Origin: Flavobacterium sp.
Lineage (GTDB): Bacteria > Bacteroidota > Bacteroidia > Flavobacteriales > Flavobacteriaceae
DNA length: 34,539 nt
Reading direction: 5' to 3'
Assembly: GCA_002733185.1 (NCBI GenBank)
Contig: NVUT01000011.1
Location: 43,939 to 78,477 of the forward strand
Numbering within the stretch: position 1 is the stretch's first letter; every line of letters starts with the position of its first letter. Positions 9,489-18,977 of this stretch are shown here, in pieces. A program made the translations under genes and the position numbers. Below the pieces are notes generated by a model. It did not search any database. It was not told the origin of the DNA and saw only the letters and a program-made list of their open reading frames with translations.

Positions 9489-12400
9489 ATGAGAAAATAC
9501 ATTTATCTTTTAACGTTTTTACTAATTAGTAGTATTGGTTTTGCCCAAGACGGAAATTTATTTAACCCGATAAATTCGGTAGCAAAAATACCTCAATCAC
9601 CAGAAGTGGCAGCCTTTGAAAAATTTTCGGGAAGTGTGAATATGTATTCTGGTGTACCTACTATAGGAATGCCAATTTATACACTTCAAGGAAAAGAAAT
9701 TAGCGTACCTATTTCATTAAGCTATGACGCATCAGGAATAAAAGTAGATCAAATAGCAACTAATATTGGATTGGGCTGGAACCTAAATTATGGAGGTGTG
9801 GTTACAAGAAATGTTAATGGGCTTCCAGATGATTATCTTTCTTCTGGTGGAGTTCTTTCTCACCCAATATATAAAACAAACACTACTCAAATTTGGCTAG
9901 CATACCTAACTGATAAAGGTAATATTCACGGTACTCACGACACATCATCAGGTGCTAATAGTGCAAGACAGACATATGATTGGTATCAAAAGAATGGAGT
10001 AGATTTACAACCCGACACTTTTTCGTTTAATGTTAATGGTTTATCAGGGACTATATTAATCGATTATAGTTCAACACCGCTAAATGCCTACTGCTTAGAA
10101 GATGCAAATTTAAAGGTTGAGCTTGAAAAAGATGCAAACGAAAGTATTATTAATTTTACAATAAAAGATACCAATGGAAACCTTTATACTTTTGGAATGG
10201 CAGAAAATACGACTCACAGAACTTCTCCTACAGATGATTTAGCCAATGAATATATACAAACATATACAACGGCATGGTATTTAACAAAAATTGAAACCCC
10301 AAATAATATTGACACCTTTACTTTTAATTATACTGCTGACCAGTGGGTAGATAAACAGATTGTCACTGAATTAGAAAGGTTTGAGTTATTACAATACGGT
10401 TGCAATGGGAGCTTTTATTTTCAATCAATCAATAATTTAGGTTATAATAAATATTTAAAAAATCAAATTCGATTAACAAATATTAATTATAATGACAAAG
10501 AGGTACTTAAAATTACAACTGCTAACAATACTCGCGATGATTTAGAGAATGTAAAAAAAATCATCAAGCTAGAGGTTTTTGATAGAATATCACCTACATC
10601 CTCAAATAACCCTATTTTAATTGTAGATTTTGATAATACAAACTATTTTACAGATGGTTCAAGTAACCCTTCCTTTTTAGATAAGAGATTAAAACTAGAT
10701 GGGATAAAAATTTACAGAGATGATAATACAAAAGCAAAAGAATATGAATTCGATTATTATGCAGGAAACATACCCGATAGACTATCCAATGAAAGAGATT
10801 TTTGGGGATATTATAATGGGGAAAGCGGAAACCAAAACCTTGCACCAAGCCTAAATCTTGACTATAGTGATATTGCAAATTATAATTCGCTATTTACAAG
10901 TCCCCCTAATGCATCAAATGCACCAACAACAAACAGAAAACCAAATATCTTTTTCTCAAAAATCGGGACATTAAAATCTATCATTTTCCCTACAGGAGGA
11001 AAATCTACCTATGAGTACGAAGAGCATAAAGTTAAAATTTCTAGTACATTAAAAAAAGTTGGAGGATTAAGAATAAGAAAAGTAATAAACGAAACCCTAG
11101 ATCCAGTAACAAACGAAAATGATATACTAGAAACCTATTATCTATATGATGATTTAAAAAAACTAGTAGATGATAATGTACTAACAATACCTACTGCACC
11201 ATTCAATATGGTTAACTATTCATCTGGTATTGCTCAACAAGATTTAAACTTTGAGAATTTTTTTGAAATAGATACTGATGGTTCTGGATGTACAAACAAC
11301 AAGAAATATATATTAAATAATAACGTGTCTATAATTGCCCCAAATAATATCACCTATTCAAAAGTTACAGAGCTTCGATTTAATAAAAATACTACAGGAA
11401 GTCAATTTGAAGGGTGTACAGTTACTGAGTTTAACAATGGATTGTATGATGGTGGGCAGGGTGTTGCTGAAGAAGTTGCGCCATATTATAATTTAAATTT
11501 AGATTTTGGCGAAATTAAATCACAGAGAATTTATGATAATAATCTTAATTTATTGCAAGAGACATCTAGTGATTATAAGACTGATTTTTTACCAATTTCC
11601 CAATTGCCATTTCCAGAAAAAGTAGGGTTAATAATGCATAAAAATAATCCTAGTGGCACTACAGGAGGTTCACCTGGATGTAAACGTTATGGAGAAACAA
11701 ACGGACAATGGAATTATTATTTTATGTTTAATACACCTCAAACGAGTTGTCCAACAAACACATCTAGCGTGCCAGATTATTCACACTATTATAACACCCC
11801 AAGTTACGGCTACAGACAACTTTGGAAAAAATTAGTAAGTACTACCACAAAAACTCATGAAAACAATCAAACTTTAGAACAATCTACTTTCTATAGTTAC
11901 ACCAGTACTTTTCATAACCTAGCTACCGAGATTATAACAAAAGACAGCAAGGGTAGAAACTCTAAAACAGAAATTATATATCCCCAAGATAAAAGCTTGC
12001 TTGTTAATTATCCAACAGCTTCAGATAATGTATTGCAAGATTTAATAGGCAGAAACCAATTAACTACGCCAATAGAGGTTACCAAATATTATCAAACTCC
12101 CAATTTGGCAGCTTATAGTAAAACCTCACAACAAAGACGGTTTTTTGATGAGTTTTCAACAGATAAAATTTACCCTTCCAAAGTACAAGTGTCCAAAGGT
12201 ATCGCCCCTTTAGAAGATAGAATGATTTATCATTCTTATGATGAATACGGAAATTTAAAAGAAGTTGCCTATCCCAACGGAGCACACCAAATTTACATTT
12301 GGGGTTACAAAGGAGAACATCTCTTAGCTGAAATAATTAACAGTACTTATATAGGAATGCCGACTCCTTTAGAAGACACTATAGCAGCTATTCGAACAGC

Positions 12401-12656
12401 ATCTGATAGTGAAGACAGTCAAGGCGAAGAAAACAGTTTAAGAACTGCACTTAATAATTTACGAAACGATACTTATTTCGCAGATTCACAAATAACAGTT
12501 TATACGTACGACCCAGGTATTGGAGTAAAATCGGTTACCGATGTTAGAGGCTATACCACCTATTATTACTACGATCAGCACAATCGTTTGGACTATGCAA
12601 CTGACCAAGAAGGAAATGTACTTAGTAAAAATGAATATAAATTAAGAATCAACTAA
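9489..12656 (+). CDS. Exported YD-repeat/Rhs-associated protein (no toxin tip)
   Basis: Signal peptide GFA|Q; PQSPEVAAF, VPISLSYDASGIKV, GLGWNL, DFWGYYNG, GGLRIRK, YTYDPGIGV...YYYDQHNRL; no DPxG motif. Confidence 0.85.
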   Translation: MRKYIYLLTFLLISSIGFAQDGNLFNPINSVAKIPQSPEVAAFEKFSGSVNMYSGVPTIGMPIYTLQGKEISVPISLSYDASGIKVDQIATNIGLGWNLNYGGVVTRNVNGLPDDYLSSGGVLSHPIYKTNTTQIWLAYLTDKGNIHGTHDTSSGANSARQTYDWYQKNGVDLQPDTFSFNVNGLSGTILIDYSSTPLNAYCLEDANLKVELEKDANESIINFTIKDTNGNLYTFGMAENTTHRTSPTDDLANEYIQTYTTAWYLTKIETPNNIDTFTFNYTADQWVDKQIVTELERFELLQYGCNGSFYFQSINNLGYNKYLKNQIRLTNINYNDKEVLKITTANNTRDDLENVKKIIKLEVFDRISPTSSNNPILIVDFDNTNYFTDGSSNPSFLDKRLKLDGIKIYRDDNTKAKEYEFDYYAGNIPDRLSNERDFWGYYNGESGNQNLAPSLNLDYSDIANYNSLFTSPPNASNAPTTNRKPNIFFSKIGTLKSIIFPTGGKSTYEYEEHKVKISSTLKKVGGLRIRKVINETLDPVTNENDILETYYLYDDLKKLVDDNVLTIPTAPFNMVNYSSGIAQQDLNFENFFEIDTDGSGCTNNKKYILNNNVSIIAPNNITYSKVTELRFNKNTTGSQFEGCTVTEFNNGLYDGGQGVAEEVAPYYNLNLDFGEIKSQRIYDNNLNLLQETSSDYKTDFLPISQLPFPEKVGLIMHKNNPSGTTGGSPGCKRYGETNGQWNYYFMFNTPQTSCPTNTSSVPDYSHYYNTPSYGYRQLWKKLVSTTTKTHENNQTLEQSTFYSYTSTFHNLATEIITKDSKGRNSKTEIIYPQDKSLLVNYPTASDNVLQDLIGRNQLTTPIEVTKYYQTPNLAAYSKTSQQRRFFDEFSTDKIYPSKVQVSKGIAPLEDRMIYHSYDEYGNLKEVAYPNGAHQIYIWGYKGEHLLAEIINSTYIGMPTPLEDTIAAIRTASDSEDSQGEENSLRTALNNLRNDTYFADSQITVYTYDPGIGVKSVTDVRGYTTYYYYDQHNRLDYATDQEGNVLSKNEYKLRIN

Positions 12657-12668
12657 TCTGGAATTATC

Positions 12669-15600
12669 ATGAAAAAATTAATATACATCATCGCATTATT
12701 TCCAGTAGTAGTATTTGCACAAACTGGAACCGAAAATTATGTTAAAACCACTAGCTACCAACAAGAGTTTACTATTACCCAAATAAACAATGGCGCCCCT
12801 TTAGAAGATGAAAAACTAGAAAGCATCACTTATATAGATGGTATGGGAAGACCCAAACAAAGTATTGGCTTACAAGCAGGTGGAAATAGAGAGGACATTG
12901 TGCAATACATAGAATACGATGACCTAGGGCGAGAAGCTAAACAGTACCTCCCTTACGCAACAGGAAGTGCATTGGCTAGCTATATTCCCTTAGCTACAGC
13001 AAAAACCCAAACCTTAAATTTTTACAATACTTTAAAGTATGAATATACCACCAATCCCTACTCCGAAAGTGTATTCGAAAAATCTCCTAGAAGTAGAGTT
13101 TTAGAAGTAGGAGCGCCAGGTGAAGATTGGAAATATAATATTATAAATGCAGTAAGTCATACCATAAAAAGTGAATATGGTTTTAATAGCATCAATGAGG
13201 TCATGCAATTTTCGGTAAGTTATGCCAATTTAACAGCAGATCCACAATTGGTTTATGATGGGTACTTTCAAGAAAAAGAACTTTCAAAAACTACTATAAA
13301 AGACGAAAACTGGCAAACTATAGATGGTGATAATAATTTAACACAAACCTTTACTAATAAAAGTGGGCAAGTAGTCTTAAAACGTCAAAAAGTATATGAC
13401 CCTTTAAGAACGACAGCTCAGTATTATAAGGTTGACACCTATTATATATACGATGATTATGGTAATTTAATTTTTGTATTATCACCTTTAGCATCAGACG
13501 GAATTATTGTAAATGGTAGTTTAGTACAAAACTATCAAACCGTTATTTTAGATAAATTAGGCTACCAATACAAATATGATAACCGAAACCGTTTAATTGA
13601 AAAGAAAATTCCAGGGAAAGGTTGGGAGTATATAGTTTATAATAAACTAGATCAGCCTGTTTTTACACAGGATGCAAATTTAAGAGAAACAAACCATTGG
13701 TTGTTTACAAAATATGATGCCTTAGGAAGAGTTGCTTATACAGGTAGAAATATATATAGTGGTGATAGAGATGCACTTCAAAATATAATGAATAATACTT
13801 CTGATATTTTTGAACAGGTAACCTCAACACCTCAAATAATTAATGATGCAACCTTATATTATACTAATGACGTTATTCCAAATGTAAATAACCTCGATAT
13901 ATATACTATAAATTATTATGATGATTATATTGACCATACAGATATAACAAGTATTCCTTCAACGGTGTTTTTACAGACTTTAACAGCCCAAACAAAAGGA
14001 CTGCCTACTGTTTCAAGAGTAAGGATATTAGAAACCAACCAATGGATTACCACCTATTCGGGGTATGATAATAAAGGAAGACCCATTTATATAGACAGCT
14101 ATAATCAGTATTTAGATACTCGTGATAAAATAAGAACAAAACTAGATTTTACAGGAAAAGTACTAGAAAGCCTAACAAGTCATAAAAAAGGGACTAATAC
14201 CACTATTAATACCCGTGACTATTTTTATTACGACCACGTAGGAAGGCTACTCACACACAAACAAAAAATAGCGAATGAACCCTTTCAACTTATATCAGAA
14301 AATACTTATGACGAGTTGGGGCAATTAACCTATAAAAATGTAGGAGGAGAAACTACACAAGACGGTTATACAGACTTAACTAATGTAGATGTTACCTTTG
14401 ATGGCACTATTACAAGCACTACTACAGATTGGTATTGGCCAGCCTTATTAAAAACAAAAGGAAGAATTCCCTTACAGCACAATGGAGGTATTAGATGGAA
14501 AGCACTCCAAAACGATAAACATATAGTTGTAGGTCTTGTGAAGACAACAAATGGTAATAATCCTTCAAATAAGTATTTGGATTATGGTATTTATTTAAAA
14601 GTAAACGGAACACAAAATGAAATTAAGCTAATAATTAACGGAAATGAAACAAGTACTATTTATGGAACTTATCAAACAGGAGATACCTTTAAGGTAGAGC
14701 GTATAGATGATAAGGTCTATTTTTATATAAATAATAATTCATTTCATGATGTACCTAATGCGTCAGATTATCCACTCATAGGTAAAGTTAGTTTTTCTGG
14801 GCCTATAGGCAGTATAGATAACCTTGAGCTTTTCGGCGATGCCATTAACAAAAAACTACAAAATGTAAGTTACAAATACAACATAAGAGGCTGGCTTACC
14901 AATATTAATAGCCTTAGTGGGTTTGTATCAGTTAGTCCAGAGTTGTTTAGTTTTCAAATAAATTATAATACGGTTGAGGCATCTAGTAATCCCGATGTAG
15001 TACCACTTTATAACGGTAATATCTCACAGACCTTTTGGAAAACAATAAATACAAATAATAATGGTGATATTCGAGGATATTCTTATATTTACGATAATTT
15101 AAACAGAATTACTAAGGCAATAAGTTACCAAGGAGCAAGTTTACCTACTATGGCAGTTACTAATATTCACGATTTAAATAATGTCTCTTACGATAAAAAT
15201 GGAAACATTAGTAATTTGTCAAGAAACGGTTTTGATGCTACAACAGGTTCTTCGCTTTGGGATGATTTAGTTTACAGTTACACAGGCAATCAATTAAGGA
15301 ACGTAGCCGACAGTCGTGGAGCAAGCTTGGCAAACCCAGAGGGTTTTCCTGTAATAGATAATAATAGCGACGCAAACTATACCTATGATGTTAATGGAAA
15401 TTTAATTACTGATGATTTAAAAGGGATTACCGATATAGAATACAATTATTTAAGTTTACCAAGAAAAATAACTTTTGATTATCTAGATCCTGAGGCAACG
15501 AATACAAATTCACGAAAAGGGATTATATATGTGTATGATGCAGTTGGAATAAAGTTAGAGAAAAAAGTGGTTGATATGTCTAATCCAGAGCAGACCACCC

Positions 15601-16943
15601 AATATGCAGGAAACTATACCTACCAAACCAATGAAGAAGGCGATATGCAACTCCAATTTTTTAACCATCCCGAAGGTTATATAGAACCTACTGTAGTTGC
15701 AGGAACCAGAACCGAAAAATCTGTAAAAGGTTTTGATACTGGTACTGGTACAACTACCTATTCAGATTACAAATATGTCTTCCAATTTAAAGACCACTTA
15801 GGTAATGTGCGATTGTCCTACTCAGATGGTAATTTAGATGGGGCTATATCCCAAGATGAAATTATCGAGGAGTCGAATTATTATCCCTTCGGACTGAAAC
15901 AAAAAGGGTATAATAACGATATTCAAGGAGGAAATAGTTTAGCGCAGAACTGGAAATTTGGAGGAGCAGAACAATCTCAAGAGTTAGGCTTAGAAACCTA
16001 TGATTTTGGAGCAAGAAACTATGACCCTGCTATTGGACGTTGGATGAATCTTGATCCACTTGCAGAGTTGATGAGAAGACATTCTCCATATAATTATGCT
16101 TTTGATAATCCTATTTATTTTATAGACCCAGATGGGATGACACCTGTACCGAATGCTGTTTCTGCTGCTGCTGGTGGTAATACTGGGTTTTCAGAAATTG
16201 GGTCTGGATCAGGATTGAGTATTCAATCGGTTGATAGTGATGGGAATGTGTTGGATAGTAAAAGTATATCAACAAACCCTAATGACTCGTATAGTGTTGA
16301 TAATAATAGTGGGAAAATTTCAAATGGTGGAGATGGTGGCGGATGTCCATACCCTCCTTGTAATAAACCTAGTAATATTCCTGCCGAGGCATCTTATGCC
16401 ACTGCTGGAAGTGGGAATAATTATAATAATTCAGTAAACTCTTCATCTAGTACTGATATTGATAAGAATACATTAGGAGCAAATGAAGCCAATTGGTTTA
16501 TCGGTGCAGTGGCCGAGGGTGTGAGAAAGAATTCTACATCTAATGCAGAAAATTTTATTGCAAAATACGGTACAAAAACTTTGAATGCTAAAGAAATAAC
16601 AAATTCAACTAGAATTGGTATGGCAAAAACAGCTAGTAGGGCAAGAGGGATAGGAACAGGGACTGTATTTGTTGGAATTGCTTTAAGTGGGGTAAATTTT
16701 GCTTTGTCGGATCAAAGTTGGGGTGATTATGGTCAACTTGGGGTTTCTTTAATATCTACAGGTCTTACATTAAGTGGTCCTACAGCACCAGTTGGCATTG
16801 GAATGGGGCTGATAGATATGGCTGGAGGATTTGACGGTTTTTATAAACATTTAGATAATCAACAACAACTTTATAATACAACTGGAGGAATAATACTCCC
16901 TATTGGACCGGTAAGCACACCTCTATTTATTCCATTAAAATAA
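12669..16943 (+). CDS. rhs: Rhs polymorphic toxin (DUF6443-like N-terminus, Rhs core, variable C-terminus)
   Basis: Signal peptide VFA|Q; YIDGMGRPKQ, YD repeats, KDHLGNVRLSY, YYPFG, YDFGARNYDPAIGRW, PYNYAFDNPIYFIDPDG; 268-aa tip from 16137. Confidence 0.93.
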   Translation: MKKLIYIIALFPVVVFAQTGTENYVKTTSYQQEFTITQINNGAPLEDEKLESITYIDGMGRPKQSIGLQAGGNREDIVQYIEYDDLGREAKQYLPYATGSALASYIPLATAKTQTLNFYNTLKYEYTTNPYSESVFEKSPRSRVLEVGAPGEDWKYNIINAVSHTIKSEYGFNSINEVMQFSVSYANLTADPQLVYDGYFQEKELSKTTIKDENWQTIDGDNNLTQTFTNKSGQVVLKRQKVYDPLRTTAQYYKVDTYYIYDDYGNLIFVLSPLASDGIIVNGSLVQNYQTVILDKLGYQYKYDNRNRLIEKKIPGKGWEYIVYNKLDQPVFTQDANLRETNHWLFTKYDALGRVAYTGRNIYSGDRDALQNIMNNTSDIFEQVTSTPQIINDATLYYTNDVIPNVNNLDIYTINYYDDYIDHTDITSIPSTVFLQTLTAQTKGLPTVSRVRILETNQWITTYSGYDNKGRPIYIDSYNQYLDTRDKIRTKLDFTGKVLESLTSHKKGTNTTINTRDYFYYDHVGRLLTHKQKIANEPFQLISENTYDELGQLTYKNVGGETTQDGYTDLTNVDVTFDGTITSTTTDWYWPALLKTKGRIPLQHNGGIRWKALQNDKHIVVGLVKTTNGNNPSNKYLDYGIYLKVNGTQNEIKLIINGNETSTIYGTYQTGDTFKVERIDDKVYFYINNNSFHDVPNASDYPLIGKVSFSGPIGSIDNLELFGDAINKKLQNVSYKYNIRGWLTNINSLSGFVSVSPELFSFQINYNTVEASSNPDVVPLYNGNISQTFWKTINTNNNGDIRGYSYIYDNLNRITKAISYQGASLPTMAVTNIHDLNNVSYDKNGNISNLSRNGFDATTGSSLWDDLVYSYTGNQLRNVADSRGASLANPEGFPVIDNNSDANYTYDVNGNLITDDLKGITDIEYNYLSLPRKITFDYLDPEATNTNSRKGIIYVYDAVGIKLEKKVVDMSNPEQTTQYAGNYTYQTNEEGDMQLQFFNHPEGYIEPTVVAGTRTEKSVKGFDTGTGTTTYSDYKYVFQFKDHLGNVRLSYSDGNLDGAISQDEIIEESNYYPFGLKQKGYNNDIQGGNSLAQNWKFGGAEQSQELGLETYDFGARNYDPAIGRWMNLDPLAELMRRHSPYNYAFDNPIYFIDPDGMTPVPNAVSAAAGGNTGFSEIGSGSGLSIQSVDSDGNVLDSKSISTNPNDSYSVDNNSGKISNGGDGGGCPYPPCNKPSNIPAEASYATAGSGNNYNNSVNSSSSTDIDKNTLGANEANWFIGAVAEGVRKNSTSNAENFIAKYGTKTLNAKEITNSTRIGMAKTASRARGIGTGTVFVGIALSGVNFALSDQSWGDYGQLGVSLISTGLTLSGPTAPVGIGMGLIDMAGGFDGFYKHLDNQQQLYNTTGGIILPIGPVSTPLFIPLK
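15690..15710 (+). repeat. 21-bp TVVAGTR repeat, copy inside the Rhs core
   Basis: actgtagttgcaggaaccaga, 18/21 identical to 17311-17331. Confidence 0.7.
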
Positions 16944-16950
16944 CAATAAA

Positions 16951-17304
16951 ATGAATCCATACTTTTATTTTTTTTATAGATTAAATCAGTTTTTTAATAA
17001 AAAAGACAATAATGAATGGGGACCTATTTTTGGAGTGTCTGTTTTTATTGGATGGAATATTGGAATAGTTTATATTTCAATTCTTCCTATTACCCAAGAG
17101 AACTTTGGGGGTTTCTATAAAAATAACTTAATAATAATCTTGGTTTGTTTATTTATCTTTAATTCCATTTTATTTCTAAACAAAAAAAGAGTTAGCAGTA
17201 TTATGGAGCGTTATGGAAAAGAATCATTAACGAGTAGAAAGATTGGAGGTTTTTTAATTGTTTTGTATGTTGCTTTATCGTTGGGGTTAATCCTCTTTAT
17301 TTAG
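16951..17304 (+). CDS. Putative membrane immunity protein for the Rhs tip
   Basis: 117 aa, about three TM helices, starts 7 bp after the rhs stop. Confidence 0.7.
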   Translation: MNPYFYFFYRLNQFFNKKDNNEWGPIFGVSVFIGWNIGIVYISILPITQENFGGFYKNNLIIILVCLFIFNSILFLNKKRVSSIMERYGKESLTSRKIGGFLIVLYVALSLGLILFI

Positions 17305-17310
17305 GGAGCA

Positions 17311-17331
17311 ACAGTAGTCGCAGGTACCAGA
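17311..17331 (+). repeat. 21-bp TVVAGTR repeat, copy after the immunity gene
   Basis: acagtagtcgcaggtaccaga; all three differences from 15690-15710 are synonymous third positions. Confidence 0.7.
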
Positions 17332-17334
17332 CCG

Positions 17335-17384
17335 GAGCAACATCTATTTAAATCTACAACAAAACTACGCAAATGTTTGCGTTT
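17335..17384 (+). repeat. ~50-bp 3' element, copy 1
   Basis: 44/51 aligned positions identical to 24536-24586; contains the palindrome acgcaaa-tg-tttgcgt. Confidence 0.8.
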
Positions 17385-17401
17385 ATAGATACTATCAAAT
17401 T

Positions 17402-17436
17402 AAGCCTTCTATTTTAAATAAATAGGAGCTTTTTTT
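17402..17436 (+). terminator. Putative intrinsic terminator of the Rhs operon
   Basis: Imperfect stem aagccttctattt...aaataggagctt followed by a T-run. Confidence 0.5.
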
Positions 17437-17556
17437 AGTTAAAACGGAGTTGTAGTTTAAAAAAGAAATCAGGAAATTGATTTACTTTTCAAAATCAAGT
17501 ATCAAAATAGTAAAACAACAGAATAAGGTGATTTTTCAATAATAATAAGACACAGC

Positions 17557-18846
17557 TTATCTAACAAAAACACATTTATTAAATACTCTGTTGGTAGTAA
17601 CTCTGTTAAGCTTAGCTTCAGCGATCTGATTTTTAAAGTAATGCTTATCAGGTATTTTACCGTTTATAACTTCCATCGGATGTAATCCATATAAATCGGT
17701 AGGATATCGCTTATAGTTGTAATAGTAAACAAATCGCCTTAAATCATCTAAATGATTTTTTACTGTTCTTGAAATCTGTCCTTTTAAAAATTCTGTTTTA
17801 TAAATGCTATGCGTACTTTCAGACATAGAATTCGATAAAGGGAAGTCGGTTGTTCTTGCCGTAATTTTAGTAACAATGGGTGGCGCATTAAAATGATTGA
17901 CCCAAGTTGTAAATGCTCCTTTATTTTCAGAGCCACCATCGGTTAGGATTTTGATAGGTTTAGTTTGTTTATATAAACTATGTTTGTCAAAGGCTTCCTT
18001 AAAGAGTTGTGTAATAAAACGACTATCCGCTTTTTCAGAGACAGAAGCGTAATGTAAAATGGCTTTAGAATAATTATCCTTTACAAATGCCACTTTTTGC
18101 ATACCTCCATCAAGTGTTGGCACTAAAGTGATATCAACGTGTAACCATTCAAAAATACGACTAGCCCGTACTCCTTTTCTTGGCGGAATTTTAGGCTTTT
18201 TCGGTTTTTTATAACCTAGTGCTTTGGCATATTTACTAAATGTTGATTTTCCGCAAGACACCAAATCATTGCGTAAGGCGTGATAATATAATGTAACTTT
18301 TGTTTTACCAAAATGTATTGGGTCTTTTACAAGCCTTTCAATAACATTGGTTTCTTCAAATGTTAGTTGATTTGGATGTTGTTTAAAACATTTATTAAAA
18401 AGATTCAGTGAACAATTAATCTTTCGTTTTTCTCGGTAATACCAATCTGGTGATACTCCATAAAATTTACAAGCACGTTTTACCTTTATTTTTGATAAAG
18501 AAACAATCTCGTTAATTGATTTTACTATGTGGTATGAATGCTGTTTTACTATTTTCTTATTTCCGTTTACTTGTTTTAAAACATTTTGATAGCCATCACT
18601 GACCTTAATCATAAATTGCATCATTTTTTTAAGATAAGTACGCTCATAGGTTTTTTGAATATCTTCTAAATGATTTGTAAAAGGCTGTACCCAATCATTA
18701 AAATCATAATGTTGGTTTTTATTTTTACTCCAATGTTGTAATGTTCGCTTAGGAATTTCATTAAGTTGCTGATTTGAAAGCATTCCTTTTATATAAAACA
18801 ATGGAATCAATGGATGGTAATTTCTTTTATAAATTTTTTGATGCAT
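17557..18846 (-). mobile_element. DDE transposase/integrase (rve core, IS3/IS481-like), single ORF
   Basis: WLHVDIT, LTDGGSEN, NSMSESTHSIYKTE triad and YYYNYKRYP; ACKFYGVSPDWYY HTH. No clear IS termini found. Confidence 0.85.
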
Positions 18847-18894
18847 AACTTATTCTAAATAATAAGTTTGCGAAAATAGATGCAACTTTTTTAT

Positions 18895-18948
18895 CAAAAC
18901 GTAGTAGGGTACAACGTTTTGATTTAAAATGTTGGGTTAATATTGCTT
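18895..18948 (+). promoter_or_regulatory. Palindromic 5' element, copy 2
   Basis: caaaacgtagta-ggg-tacaacgttttg...aaaatgttgggttaatattgctt, ending 29 bp before the 18978 start; a perfect TAnnTTTG (TAAGTTTG) also lies at 18863-18870. Confidence 0.8.
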
Positions 18949-18977
18949 ATTGTTAATCTTTAAAGCCCTATATTTTT

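Noticed and set aside
10648-16437. Short nested ORFs at 10648, 11653, 12079 and 16231
   Set aside because: Alternate-frame or antisense overlaps within the YD and Rhs genes.
17440-18894. Terminal inverted repeats for the transposase
   Set aside because: Only weak AT-rich matches; no convincing TG...CA pair or target duplication by eye.
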